From the NCBI GenBank assembly GCA_041571435.1, contig JBFFUI010000004.1:1-64000 (forward strand): a DNA stretch of 64,000 nucleotides, read 5' to 3'. The notes under the pieces were generated by a model that was not told where the DNA came from, did no database searches, and saw only the letters and a program-made list of their open reading frames with translations. Position 1 is the first letter of the stretch. Each line of letters opens with the position of its first letter. This DNA is from Sulfurimonadaceae bacterium. Lineage in GTDB: Bacteria; Campylobacterota; Campylobacteria; Campylobacterales; Sulfurimonadaceae. This document shows, piece after piece, positions 28,988 to 39,326 of the stretch. A program made the translations under genes and the position numbers.

Positions 28988-30187
28988 ATGATTCAAGAAG
29001 CACTACAAGAGATACAACGCGGCAGCGCCGAGATAATTGACAACGAGCGCATAGAGAAGCTGTTAAAAGCGTATTTTGAAGAGGGTAATGGTTACACGGT
29101 TAAAGCAGGCTTTGATCCGACCGCTCCGGACCTTCACCTAGGCCACACCGTACTGCTGCACAAGTTGGCGACCTTTCAAAAATATGGTGCAAAAGTCCAG
29201 TTTTTGATCGGTGATTTTACGGCTCAGATCGGTGATCCGACCGGAAAGAGCGAGACCCGTAAAAAACTGCTGCCGGCGGATATCGCGAAAAATGCAGAGT
29301 CCTACAAAGAGCAGGTCTTTAAAATATTGGACCCGGAAAAAACAGAGGTGGTCTTTAACTCCGAGTGGATCAATCCGCTGGGTGCAAGCGGAATGCTTGA
29401 ACTGACTACGACCTTCAATGTTGCCCGCATGCTGGAACGTGATGATTTTGAAAAACGCTACAAGAGCGGTACGTCGATCTCTATCAGCGAATTCATCTAC
29501 CCGCTTCTGCAGGGGTACGACAGTGTCCATCTCAAGAGTGACATCGAGATCGGCGGAACAGACCAGAAGTTCAACCTTTTGATGGGGCGTCATCTGCAGC
29601 GTGCCTATGAGATAGGAAAAGAGCAGGCTGTCTTGATGATGCCGATCTTGGAAGGTCTTGACGGTGTCCAGAAGATGAGCAAGAGTCTGGGCAACTACAT
29701 CGGTGTCGAAGACACGCCAAACGACATGTTCGGAAAAGTACTCAGTATCTCGGATGATCTGATGTGGCGTTATTATGAGCTTTTAAGTGCCAAGAGTCTT
29801 AAAGAGATCGAAGAGATCAAAGCAGGTGTAGCCGATGGCTCACTTCACCCTAAAAAAGTGAAAGAGGCCCTGGCGCAAGAGATCACGGCGCGTTTCCATT
29901 CACAGGAAGAGGCTGAAGGTGCAAAAGCTGAATTTGACAAGGTCCATGCACAGAGCCAAATCCCTACGGATATGGACGAGTTTGAACTTGAGGGACCAAT
30001 CTGGATCGCTAAAGCCCTTCAGGATTGTAAAATTGAACCGTCTACTTCACAGGCACGGCGTGATATTAAGCAAGGTGCTGTTAAAATTGATCAAGTAAAA
30101 GTATCGGACGAACAGTTACAGCTTGAAAGCGGCGAATATGTGCTTCAGGTTGGTAAGCGTAAATTTGCCCGATTAAAGGTGAAATAA
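28988..30187 (+). CDS. tyrS: Tyrosine-tRNA ligase
   Basis: HLGH and KMSKS motifs, GGTDQ, C-terminal S4 domain. Confidence 0.98.
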   Translation: MIQEALQEIQRGSAEIIDNERIEKLLKAYFEEGNGYTVKAGFDPTAPDLHLGHTVLLHKLATFQKYGAKVQFLIGDFTAQIGDPTGKSETRKKLLPADIAKNAESYKEQVFKILDPEKTEVVFNSEWINPLGASGMLELTTTFNVARMLERDDFEKRYKSGTSISISEFIYPLLQGYDSVHLKSDIEIGGTDQKFNLLMGRHLQRAYEIGKEQAVLMMPILEGLDGVQKMSKSLGNYIGVEDTPNDMFGKVLSISDDLMWRYYELLSAKSLKEIEEIKAGVADGSLHPKKVKEALAQEITARFHSQEEAEGAKAEFDKVHAQSQIPTDMDEFELEGPIWIAKALQDCKIEPSTSQARRDIKQGAVKIDQVKVSDEQLQLESGEYVLQVGKRKFARLKVK

Positions 30188-31278
30188 TGGCATTGACACC
30201 ATTGAAAATTGGAAAATATACTATTGAAAAGCCGATTGTGCAAGGTGGTATGGGTGTTGGGATCAGCTGGGACCAACTGGCAGGAAATGTTTCTAAAGAG
30301 GGCGGTCTGGGTATCGTCTCTTGTGTAGGAACAGGGTACTATCAAAACAAAGAATTTTCACAAAAACTGGTAGCCGATCGTCCGTTGGATGTAGCGAACT
30401 TCTACTCCAGAGCAGGACTTCAGGCTATCTATGACAATGCGCGCAAGATCTGCGGGGATAAGCCTCTTGGTGTAAACATCCTTTACGCTATTAACGATTA
30501 CGGTCGGGTAGTACGCGATGCCTGTGAGATCGGCTTTGACATCATCATCACCGGTGCCGGTCTTCCGACCAACATGCCGGAATTTACAGAGGGCTATCCT
30601 GATGTTGCCCTTGTGCCGATCGTCTCTTCACCCAAGGCACTGAAGATCATCGCTAAACGTTGGCAGAAGCGTTATGACCGTCTTCCCGACGCTGTGATCC
30701 TGGAAGGGCCGAAAAGCGGTGGTCACCAAGGCTTCACATATGAGCAGTGCGGGCTTGAAGAGAACCAGCTTGAAAACCTTGTCGAACCGGTTGTCGCTGA
30801 AGCAGCTTTATGGGGTGGTATGCCGGTTGTCGCTGCGGGCGGTATCTGGGACAAAAATGACATCGATCAGATGATGGCGCTTGGCGCTGCCGGTGTGCAG
30901 ATGGGAACCCGTTTTATCGGTACCCATGAGTGTGATGCACATGATAATTTCAAAGAGGTCCTTCTTGCGGCAAAAGAGGAAGATATCCAGCTGATGGGCT
31001 CACCTGTCGGGTATCCTGCACGCGGTGTCCGTACTAATCTTACTGCCCTAATAGAGACGCGTACTGGTCCGGAGATCAAATGTATCTCTAACTGTGTTGC
31101 ACCATGTAACCGCGGTGTTGAGGCAAAAGAGGTCGGTTTCTGTATTGCTGACCGTCTGAGCGATGCCTATGAAGGCAACAAAGAACTTGGGCTTTTCTTC
31201 TCCGGAACGAACGGCTACCGTCTGAATGAACTTATCTCAGTCAAAGAGTTGATGGTAAAACTGACAGAAGGTGAATAG
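30187..31278 (+). CDS. fabX: Nitronate monooxygenase-family flavoprotein, probable FabX acyl-ACP dehydrogenase/isomerase
   Basis: QGGMGVG, EGPKSGGH, GVQMGTRF and CISNCVAPC...FCI Fe-S cysteines; tyrS-X-amiA synteny as in Helicobacter. Confidence 0.8.
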   Translation: MALTPLKIGKYTIEKPIVQGGMGVGISWDQLAGNVSKEGGLGIVSCVGTGYYQNKEFSQKLVADRPLDVANFYSRAGLQAIYDNARKICGDKPLGVNILYAINDYGRVVRDACEIGFDIIITGAGLPTNMPEFTEGYPDVALVPIVSSPKALKIIAKRWQKRYDRLPDAVILEGPKSGGHQGFTYEQCGLEENQLENLVEPVVAEAALWGGMPVVAAGGIWDKNDIDQMMALGAAGVQMGTRFIGTHECDAHDNFKEVLLAAKEEDIQLMGSPVGYPARGVRTNLTALIETRTGPEIKCISNCVAPCNRGVEAKEVGFCIADRLSDAYEGNKELGLFFSGTNGYRLNELISVKELMVKLTEGE

Positions 31279-31284
31279 CGCATA

Positions 31285-32706
31285 ATGCTGCGTCCGTTTC
31301 TTCTCCTGATTGTATTAACGACACTCCTTCTCGGCGGCTCGGTCCAGCAAGAGCTTGATGCCGCCAAAAAAAACCTCTACTCCTCCTCCAAAGAGAAACA
31401 GTTCCAAGCGTACGACACCTATAAACGCCACTATATCAAAGCCTTGTTCAACGGTGATGTCAAGACACAGATACGCTGTCTTGACGGCATCTGTATTGCC
31501 GGCAAAAAGCTTCGGATCGATGTCAGTGAATATGAGCAAAAGCGTGCTGGTATTGCGGCAGAAAATGCATTAGAGCAGAGTACAGAAGGTACTGCGGGTC
31601 CGACAAAAACAGAACGGATAAAACCGCCAAAACCGCCAAAAGATAAACAGGTGGAGATCCGGTCCCAGCATGCTCTCAGAGGTTTTAGCTGGGAGGGCAA
31701 TGCCCTTGTGCTTGATTTTGATTTTACGCTCCAAGCCAAGGATGTCAACTACTTCAAGCTCAGACCGGAAGGGAAGAAAGGACACCGTTACATCTTTGAC
31801 ATCCATGCGATCGTACGTAAAAAACCGGTCATCAAACATAAAGAGATCAAACGCATTACGATCTCCCAATACAAGCGCGATACGATTCGTCTTGTCATAG
31901 AGAGTGACAAAAAACTGAAGCCGCGGTTCAGACTTGATGGCAGAGATTTGATAATCACACTGGGGGTCTCCAAAGTGTTTGCACCCAAGGCGAAGCAGAT
32001 GCCGCGCGTAACCAAGAAAAACAAACTTATCATCATCGACCCAGGTCATGGCGGTCGCGATGGGGGTGCTGTCGGGTTTAAAAAGTATCTTGAAAAGAGC
32101 ATTGTGCTGCAGATATCCAATCGTCTGGCAAAACTGCTGCGTGAAGAGGGATACCAGGTGAAGATGACACGCGACAGCGACAAGACGCGCTCATTGAAGT
32201 GGCGTACCCGGTTTACCCGAAAGAACAAGCCCGATCTCTTTCTCTCTATCCATGCCAATGCCGTTCCAAAGAAAAATGCATACAAGGCCAGTGGTGTCGA
32301 GATCTATTACCTGGATCCAAAAAAAGGGTCAAAGCGTTCAAGCCGGCTGGAACGTAAAGAGAATGCCGCGGACTATAAAGCGATGGACAAAAGTATCAGT
32401 GAGCTCTTCAGTGCAACACAGAGCCGTGCCAAAGTGCTTGAGTCCAACTTCCTGGCAATCGATCTGGGACAGAATGTGGTGAGCCGTCTTCGAGAGAAGA
32501 AGTATTCGCTCAAAGATGCGAAAGTCGCCGGGGGCAACTTCTGGGTTTTAGTCGGTGCAACGTCGGCAGCAGCCCTTGTCGAAGTCGGTTTTGTCACACA
32601 CTCCAAAGAGGTAAAGCTCCTTGTCAACAAGCGTTACCAGCAGGCATTTGCCGAGGGATTGGCAGATGGTGTCGATCAGTACTTTATGAACAAAGAGCGT
32701 CGCTGA
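31285..32706 (+). CDS. amiA: N-acetylmuramoyl-L-alanine amidase (AMIN + Amidase_3)
   Basis: IDPGHGG, EK, SIHAN and LVEVGF zinc/catalytic motifs; signal peptide. Confidence 0.93.
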   Translation: MLRPFLLLIVLTTLLLGGSVQQELDAAKKNLYSSSKEKQFQAYDTYKRHYIKALFNGDVKTQIRCLDGICIAGKKLRIDVSEYEQKRAGIAAENALEQSTEGTAGPTKTERIKPPKPPKDKQVEIRSQHALRGFSWEGNALVLDFDFTLQAKDVNYFKLRPEGKKGHRYIFDIHAIVRKKPVIKHKEIKRITISQYKRDTIRLVIESDKKLKPRFRLDGRDLIITLGVSKVFAPKAKQMPRVTKKNKLIIIDPGHGGRDGGAVGFKKYLEKSIVLQISNRLAKLLREEGYQVKMTRDSDKTRSLKWRTRFTRKNKPDLFLSIHANAVPKKNAYKASGVEIYYLDPKKGSKRSSRLERKENAADYKAMDKSISELFSATQSRAKVLESNFLAIDLGQNVVSRLREKKYSLKDAKVAGGNFWVLVGATSAAALVEVGFVTHSKEVKLLVNKRYQQAFAEGLADGVDQYFMNKERR

Positions 32707-32790
32707 CATCGAGGCAGCTTTATTCAGCAAAGCGACTATTCAAAGAGAAAACACACAGTCTTCGATTTGTGATCGTTGCAGAATCTACTT

Positions 32791-33864
32791 CTAGTCGGTC
32801 TTGTACTCTAATTTACCGGGCATGGCCTCTTTGGCATGGATAAGGTTCTCGATCTGTGTTTTGACCTTGTCGTAGCGGAACTGCTCTTTAAAGCCTTGTA
32901 TGCGTCCACCGGCAGCATTCGGATGACCGCCGCCGCCAGCCCACTCTTTTGAGATCTGTGCAACGTTGACCTTGTTATTGGCACGAAGGCTCATCGTACC
33001 GCGCGTCGAGACATCAACGATAAAGTCGTACTCAGGATAGGTGACCAGAAAGCCATTCCCGATGATAGAGGTGTTGCCTACGCCGTAGCTGAGAAATCCT
33101 TTGTACCCTTTGTAATAGATCGTCATTGTCTCCATTTTGCTGCCCAGCAGCTTGACGATGAATCGTGTTGCGAGGTTGTCCAGCGTATCATCTGACGATT
33201 CGCGGAAGAACTCTTTTTTAAGTGCATGGATCTTCTCATCCAGCAGAATGTTGGCGTTCTCCACATTGACCATCTGTGCGGCCTCTTTAAGCAGGGCGAC
33301 CTTGTATTTACGGTCTTCATCGCCGAAGACCACACGGTTCAGTTCGCGTGTTTCGGTGACCAGGCGCATGCAGACCTTGCCGTATTCAAAGTTATCAACT
33401 TCGTTTTGATGCCATAGATCAACGGCATCGACTACGGCAACATACTTCGGCATCCATTCGGGTTCATCCAGCTCAAACATCTCCCGTGCATATTCGTAAG
33501 TGAGTTTAGTGGCACACTTTTCCGTGTCTAAAAAGTACCAATCATACTTGTTGGCACAATCTTGACCGCTGCCATGATGGTCACGAAGGATGATCTGGAC
33601 CTTTTTCCCCTTTTCATTTAGGTTCTCTACCTCTCTGTTAAGCCACTTTGCCTCATCAGCTGTCAGGTTAAGGTCGGTAATAAAGATAATAGACTCCTCA
33701 TCACTCTTCTTGAGACATTCCAGAATCTCATTTAGACGTTCAATGACTTCCGCACCGTAGTTGGCATTATAGGCGTGAACCTTGTAGGGCGTGTACTCCA
33801 TGATAAGCTGGCATGAGTAGCCGTCGAGGTCAATGTGGGAAAGATGATAGATCGTAGGTCGCAT
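32791..33864 (-). CDS. DHH family phosphoesterase (NrnB-like nanoRNase)
   Basis: SHIDLDG, ITDL, DHH and GGGHPNAAG motifs. Confidence 0.9.
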   Translation of the reverse strand: MRPTIYHLSHIDLDGYSCQLIMEYTPYKVHAYNANYGAEVIERLNEILECLKKSDEESIIFITDLNLTADEAKWLNREVENLNEKGKKVQIILRDHHGSGQDCANKYDWYFLDTEKCATKLTYEYAREMFELDEPEWMPKYVAVVDAVDLWHQNEVDNFEYGKVCMRLVTETRELNRVVFGDEDRKYKVALLKEAAQMVNVENANILLDEKIHALKKEFFRESSDDTLDNLATRFIVKLLGSKMETMTIYYKGYKGFLSYGVGNTSIIGNGFLVTYPEYDFIVDVSTRGTMSLRANNKVNVAQISKEWAGGGGHPNAAGGRIQGFKEQFRYDKVKTQIENLIHAKEAMPGKLEYKTD

Positions 33865-33941
33865 TAAGATCCTTTAGAATGGATGGTTTTTGAATATGTT
33901 TTATGTTCAGTCGCTGCGCAGTGTGGAGCGAAAGAGAAGCG

Positions 33942-34346
33942 TTATTGTTCCATGATGTCAGCCAGGGTCAGCTGTTCAAGAAAATTGTCGATCTTACCCT
34001 GCAGACGATTTAAAAATGGCCAAATAGAACAGGCCGACGCTTTTTCGGAAGGGCATTTGTTCTCACTCGAAGCACAGTCGAAAACGGCCGGCGATTTTCC
34101 TTCAGCTGCGCACATGATGGCATGGACAGTGATCTCGCTACTCTCCTGTGCCAGGGCAAACCCCCCATGGGCCCCCTTAAATGAGTTAAGAATACCTTTA
34201 CGTGCCATCGCCTGAAGTATTTTGGCCAAAAAGCTTTTGGAGATATCCAGTTCACGAGAGAGGGTATCAGCATCCATAGGCTTGTCAGCTTTTGCAAGCA
34301 CGATTAGTGATAAAAGAGCGTATTCGCTTGCGCGGGTCATTAACAT
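33942..34346 (-). CDS. Rrf2 family transcriptional regulator
   Basis: SEYAL, S.SFLAKILQ, G.HGGF.L and three Cys; start moved to ATG 34346 because the longer ORF overlaps a TGCTATAAT promoter. Confidence 0.92.
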   Translation of the reverse strand: MLMTRASEYALLSLIVLAKADKPMDADTLSRELDISKSFLAKILQAMARKGILNSFKGAHGGFALAQESSEITVHAIMCAAEGKSPAVFDCASSENKCPSEKASACSIWPFLNRLQGKIDNFLEQLTLADIMEQ

Positions 34347-34546
34347 GGCATCATCTCGGATAATTTTTGTATGATTATAGCACACCGAACTTTGAGGGTT
34401 TGCAGTAGTCGCGAAGTGTAATAAATTTTTTACATTTGAAAATTGGAAGATTTTATAGTCGGTGATAGGAAAATAAAGAATAATTAGCTATAATTCGCGC
34501 TCAACAATCATTGTGATTGAAATTTTATACCCTTACGGAGGCTATT

Positions 34547-34822
34547 ATGGCTTTAGATGCGGCGAAAAAACAAGAAATTGTAAGCAAATTCGGAAAAAAT
34601 GACACGGACACTGGTTCTACAGAGGTTCAAATTGCACTATTGAGTGCTCGTATTACAGAGTTGACTGAACACCTTAAGTCTTTCAAGAAAGATCACGCTT
34701 CACGTCTTGGTCTTCTTAAATTGGTTGGTCAACGTCGTCGTTTGATGCGTTACCTAAAACGTAAAGACAGAGAAAGTTACCTCAAAACGATTGAAGCACT
34801 TTCAATCCGCGACAACATCTAA
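34547..34822 (+). CDS. rpsO: 30S ribosomal protein S15
   Basis: [12 protein letters not shown] and [33 protein letters not shown] at 34489-34494. Confidence 0.98.
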   Translation: MALDAAKKQEIVSKFGKNDTDTGSTEVQIALLSARITELTEHLKSFKKDHASRLGLLKLVGQRRRLMRYLKRKDRESYLKTIEALSIRDNI

Positions 34823-34829
34823 TTTCTCT

Positions 34830-34853
34830 TGCAACGCATCTGCGTTGCACTTT
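34830..34853 (+). terminator. Intrinsic terminator after rpsO
   Basis: Inverted repeat TGCAACGCA/TGCGTTGCA followed by CTTT and a T-rich tract. Confidence 0.7.
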
Positions 34854-35001
34854 ACTAACCTTTTTATTTCCCCCTGTTTTACACACTATTCAACTTTTAT
34901 CGTGAGATATATATCACTTTTGCTTATTATAACCATCCACTTGCTACTCTTTAGCCATTTAAAAAAATGATAATCCAGCTCTTTAGAGGTTAGATAAAAG
35001 A

Positions 35002-36288
35002 ATGTATAAAACCGTATTATTACTATGTATGTCAATGTTGATCTTAAATGCACAGGGCGATTCAAAAAAAGAGGGCGCTTATGTCACTTTGATGCACCAG
35101 AACGCTTGTGCTGCAAGCGAAAAAGAGGCGATACTGCAAGTGGATACACTGCTCAAGAAGAGGTGCGGTATCGATTCAATTCATCTCTATTCCAAAAACA
35201 TCTACATCCGTCAAAACAGAAACGCTAAAGGCGAGTATTGTGTGAAAGGCATTGTGACACAAGAGGGGTTTGAACGTTACAGAGCTGAACTTGCAGCGGA
35301 ATATGAATCCATCATGGGCGAGATCGAAGATCTTAATGACGGTATCAGTTATATAAAAAAGCAAGAAGAGGTTGACAATCTCTACCAGGAAGTGCAGCGC
35401 TTAAACGAAAAGATTGCTGCTGCCGAGAAGATCGCGCCGATTGCGATTGAACAGATTGCTGCGACAAAGGCTTCTTTGAGCAAGATGATCAATGCTGCAC
35501 CGGTCGTGAGTTTCAAGGTTACCGGCTGTAAGGGGAAGTATGAAACAGCATGCCGATTGGTATTTGTCTCATCTATTCAAGACGACTCTTCAACGGTTGT
35601 GTATGACTGGAACTTCGGTGACGGCACGCACTCCAAGCTCATCAACCCGGTACACTATTTCCAAAAACCAGGAAACTATAAAGTCACACTGCAGATAACT
35701 GATGGCGGGGAAAAACAGACTAAAGTGAGTAAGCGACTCCATGTGTCGTCAAAACTAAAACCAGCAATCAATCAGAAACCGGATGCCGGTTTTAAAACAG
35801 ACAAAAAAGTGTATGTCAGCGGAGAGAGTGTCAATTTTATCAACCTCTCAAGCAGTAAAAATTCCAACATGACAGAATACAGCTGGAACTTTGGTGATGG
35901 CCAAAACTCCAAACTGGATCATCCAAAACACAGTTTCAAAAAACCGGGCGCCTACAAGGTGCGTCTTGTCGCCAAAGACAGTGACGGCCTGCAAGCTGAT
36001 GTAGTACAAACGATACATGTCGTTCATCCTGCCATAAAGTATGCCGAAAAAGGGGTAAAGTTTACCCGGGTCGTACGCAAGTACGGACAGCCTGAAAAGT
36101 CGATCGTCAAAAGCGGAACGTTGATTCAGGCATATCAATATGGAGATGATTGGCTTTTGGTAAAGCAGAATAAAATTGCGTGTCGAATACAAGGCGGCTC
36201 ATTCAAGACAAACATGATGGGGAGTCCAAAAGACTGTAACTGGTATGAAAAACATGCGGCTTCGGCCATGTATTTTTCAGGCATGTAA
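35002..36288 (+). CDS. Exported PKD-domain protein (two PKD repeats), paralog 1
   Basis: Signal peptide; YDWNFGDG...NPVHYF..PG.Y.V.L and YSWNFGDG...HPKHSF..PG.Y.V.L. Confidence 0.88.
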   Translation: MYKTVLLLCMSMLILNAQGDSKKEGAYVTLMHQNACAASEKEAILQVDTLLKKRCGIDSIHLYSKNIYIRQNRNAKGEYCVKGIVTQEGFERYRAELAAEYESIMGEIEDLNDGISYIKKQEEVDNLYQEVQRLNEKIAAAEKIAPIAIEQIAATKASLSKMINAAPVVSFKVTGCKGKYETACRLVFVSSIQDDSSTVVYDWNFGDGTHSKLINPVHYFQKPGNYKVTLQITDGGEKQTKVSKRLHVSSKLKPAINQKPDAGFKTDKKVYVSGESVNFINLSSSKNSNMTEYSWNFGDGQNSKLDHPKHSFKKPGAYKVRLVAKDSDGLQADVVQTIHVVHPAIKYAEKGVKFTRVVRKYGQPEKSIVKSGTLIQAYQYGDDWLLVKQNKIACRIQGGSFKTNMMGSPKDCNWYEKHAASAMYFSGM

Positions 36289-36367
36289 GAGCTCTTAGAG
36301 AGAGATAAGGACTTTTATGTATAATAAAGATAATTTTTAAAACATTTAATTGTAATAAAGGTCTGGC

Positions 36368-37768
36368 TTGCGATATTTTAGTTTAATCAGTGTTGTTTTG
36401 TTACTGTTGTTGTTCTCGGGGTGTAAAGTCGAGTTCGTATCGAGAGCGGATAACTCCAAGGTCTATGCGTCCGGATCAGCTTGTGGCAGTAAAAGAGAAC
36501 AGGTACAGGAAAATGCCGTCAATGCATTAATCCGAGAATATCCACTGATCGCTGAAGATCTGAAACCTTACGTCAAAATCAATAAAGTCGATGCAAACAG
36601 GACACTCTGTTATGATGCCGTCATCACTAAAAAAGCGTGGAGCCGCTTCAGCGATACCCTTCAAAACAGAAAAGATGAGATCAACAAATACAGTGAAAAA
36701 AATCAGAAGGTCTTTGAATACAACAACAAAGATATCCTGATAAAGACGATGATAACTGAACGTCGTCAATTCAACAATAAGTTGGCAAGTGCAAAAAAAC
36801 TTGCGCCTGTCGATATCGAACCTTTTGCCGTTGATTACAATAAAGTGAAAAAATCTATCAATGTGCTTCCTTCTGCCAAGATCATAGTGCGTTCGTGTAA
36901 TAAAAGCAAAAATTACAACTGCCCCGTCACTTTCGTTGCAGAGGTCAACGACGAATCGAAAAACCTGACTTATGCGTGGGATTTCGGAGATGGTTCCAAA
37001 TCGGAAAAGAAAAACCCGATCTATACTTATAATGAAGAGGGCCGGTACAATGTCTCGCTTGAAGTGACAGATGAGACAGGTCTAAGTACCTACCGATCCA
37101 AAGATATTCTGGTAAGCAAAAGTAAACAGCGTCAGGAGACCGGTCGCAAAAATAACCTGAAAGCCTATTTCATTATGCATCAAAAGTCCTACACTGTCAA
37201 TTCGCTAGTAGAGTTTGACAACCGTTCTCAAAGCGACTACAGTAAGATCAAGAGCTATTTATGGAAGTTCGGTGACGATACGGAGTCAACTGAACGCAAT
37301 CCTAAACACCGTTATAAGAAAGAAGGAAAATATGTTGTCAAGTACAAGGTCTGCACGAATGATGATGTCTGTGCCTATGCTTCTACAAGTGTCAATGTTG
37401 TTCCGAAGCCTCAGAAAACAAAGCCGGTAACAGCGAAAAAGACAAGTGTTAAAAAGACAAGTGCTAAAAAGACAAGTGTTAAAAAGACAAGTGCTAAAAA
37501 GATCAAGCGAGCTGCAATCGATGCCAAAGCGGGTGAAGATATCCAGGCCTATATCGCAAGTCACGGTCAACCGTCTAAAAAGATCATCAAGAAAAAAGGG
37601 ACGACCAAAGCGTACAAATATGGCAATATATGGCTACTGGCCAAACGTGGAAGGATCGAGTGTGCCGTACTGGACAAGGGCCTTTCGACCAACCTGATGG
37701 GTCAGCCTAAAAAGTGCCACTGGCATGAAAAACATGCCAAACAGTATATGGTCGATCTGCAAGAATAG
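36368..37768 (+). CDS. PKD-domain lipoprotein (two PKD repeats), paralog 2
   Basis: Lipobox FSGC; YAWDFGDG and YLWKFGDD PKD motifs; C-domain shared with paralog 1; TTG start. Confidence 0.88.
   Translation: MRYFSLISVVLLLLLFSGCKVEFVSRADNSKVYASGSACGSKREQVQENAVNALIREYPLIAEDLKPYVKINKVDANRTLCYDAVITKKAWSRFSDTLQNRKDEINKYSEKNQKVFEYNNKDILIKTMITERRQFNNKLASAKKLAPVDIEPFAVDYNKVKKSINVLPSAKIIVRSCNKSKNYNCPVTFVAEVNDESKNLTYAWDFGDGSKSEKKNPIYTYNEEGRYNVSLEVTDETGLSTYRSKDILVSKSKQRQETGRKNNLKAYFIMHQKSYTVNSLVEFDNRSQSDYSKIKSYLWKFGDDTESTERNPKHRYKKEGKYVVKYKVCTNDDVCAYASTSVNVVPKPQKTKPVTAKKTSVKKTSAKKTSVKKTSAKKIKRAAIDAKAGEDIQAYIASHGQPSKKIIKKKGTTKAYKYGNIWLLAKRGRIECAVLDKGLSTNLMGQPKKCHWHEKHAKQYMVDLQE
37436..37502 (+). repeat. 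In-frame tandem repeat, 4 x 15 bp (AAAAAGACAAGTGYT) = 2 perfect 30-bp copies, encoding KKTS(V/A)
   Basis: Read directly from the sequence. Confidence 0.95.
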
Positions 37769-37894
37769 TCGTTGTAAAAACGTAAACATAACGTTCACAC
37801 ATGATGTATATAACTGTATACGCGTTGACGTTACAGTTAGAGTCTCGTCCATCTTTTATTGGCAGAGATATTCTGCAATGAGATGAGGAATACT

Positions 37895-38473
37895 CTACTT
37901 GAAGAATGCTCTTTTTGTGATGATCTCGTCTTGAAACTGCAGAAATGCAGAACGTGATGCGATCTCAACGGCGTGAGTCGGGTTGCGTTGGTAATCGCCG
38001 AAGTTGGCGATCCCTTTACCCTGTGCATAAGTCGTGAAGAGCTCTCTGTTGTCGCTGCCGGTTACCCTGACCTTTAAGATCATATTGAACTTGGTCGGCT
38101 GCCAGTCAACATTGGAGTTGGAGAAAGAGAAAGTCTCTATCTCAGGGACAAAGAGAAATTGTATAAGGTGCTCTTTGATCTTGGCATCATCGAGCGAGTC
38201 GATCTTATAGACTTTGGTAAAGATATTGTCCAGTACCTTTTTGAAAGCAGATTCGGTATCTTTATAGGGTGTGTAACGCAGTTCGTCATTGTTACCGCCG
38301 GGTGTCGTGATACGCTGCACAAACCGATCAGGCGGAATGTAATAGGCGACCGTTCTTTCTATGGTGACGGGACGGACCTTCTTGACCTTAGAGAGCTCAG
38401 GGGCTACTGAGATATCATGGATACATCCGCTCAGCATGAGCAGTACAAAAACGGAAGAGAGCAGTTTGAACAT
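37895..38473 (-). CDS. Hypothetical lipoprotein
   Basis: Lipobox LSGC; starts immediately after the kdsB stop. Confidence 0.75.
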   Translation of the reverse strand: MFKLLSSVFVLLMLSGCIHDISVAPELSKVKKVRPVTIERTVAYYIPPDRFVQRITTPGGNNDELRYTPYKDTESAFKKVLDNIFTKVYKIDSLDDAKIKEHLIQFLFVPEIETFSFSNSNVDWQPTKFNMILKVRVTGSDNRELFTTYAQGKGIANFGDYQRNPTHAVEIASRSAFLQFQDEIITKRAFFK

Positions 38474-39217
38474 CTACTTCTCTTTTAAAAAGATCTCTTT
38501 GGCACGCGCAAGATCCTCTTCGGTATCGATACCGAAACCGGTGCTGGCAACCTTGACCATTGAAATCTTGCGGCCGTGATAGATAGCACGCAGTTGCTCG
38601 AGTTTTTCGATATCTTCGATAGGTGCGTCATCTAGTGAACAGAAAGTGTGCAGACTATTTTTTGTAAAACCGTAGATACCGATATGGCCGAAGTAGGTGG
38701 CGGCACCACTACGGTTGTAGGGAATCATTGAACGGGAGAAATAGATGGCGTTGTGATCAGCGTCCATGATGACTTTGACGAGGTTCGGATCATCCGCCGC
38801 TTCAGCATTGATCGCGTTGTAACAGCTGGCCATGATGAAAACACGCCCATCCTCTTTAAGGCTATTGAGCCGATCAATAAGGGAGATAAGGACCTCCGGT
38901 TCGATAAACGGCTCATCTGCCTGGATGTTGATGACCAGCTCATCGTCATCAATGTCAAGGAGCTGGGCACATTCGTTAATGCGGTCGGTGCCGCTTTTGT
39001 GGGTCGTGGATGTCAGCATCGCTTTGATGCCGTGGCTTCTGCACACGTCGATGATCTTCTCGTCATCGGCTGCAACTACCACATCATCAAGATGCATTAC
39101 CTGTTTTGCTGTACGCACGACCATCGGCAAACCACCGATGTCGGCCAAGACTTTGTTGGGAAAACGTGTGGATGCCATACGCGCCGGGATAATGATCATA
39201 TAATGCCTTCTATTCAC
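38474..39217 (-). CDS. kdsB: 3-deoxy-manno-octulosonate cytidylyltransferase
   Basis: IPARMASTRFPNK, SGTDR, HIGIYG and EKLEQLR; true start may be the Met 6 codons downstream. Confidence 0.96.
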   Translation of the reverse strand: MNRRHYMIIIPARMASTRFPNKVLADIGGLPMVVRTAKQVMHLDDVVVAADDEKIIDVCRSHGIKAMLTSTTHKSGTDRINECAQLLDIDDDELVINIQADEPFIEPEVLISLIDRLNSLKEDGRVFIMASCYNAINAEAADDPNLVKVIMDADHNAIYFSRSMIPYNRSGAATYFGHIGIYGFTKNSLHTFCSLDDAPIEDIEKLEQLRAIYHGRKISMVKVASTGFGIDTEEDLARAKEIFLKEK

Positions 39218-39326
39218 CCTACTAGGGTATAATTTTGGTAATTATAACATAGGCACAATATTACGAAACCGACGCTATCATCAGATGTCTGGTTCCTTGT
39301 GTAATCAGATGCCAAGAGGAAGGTCT

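Noticed and set aside
37436-37502. Repeat considered as a possible CRISPR array
   Set aside because: Contiguous 15-bp units with no spacers, in frame within a CDS, and no cas genes
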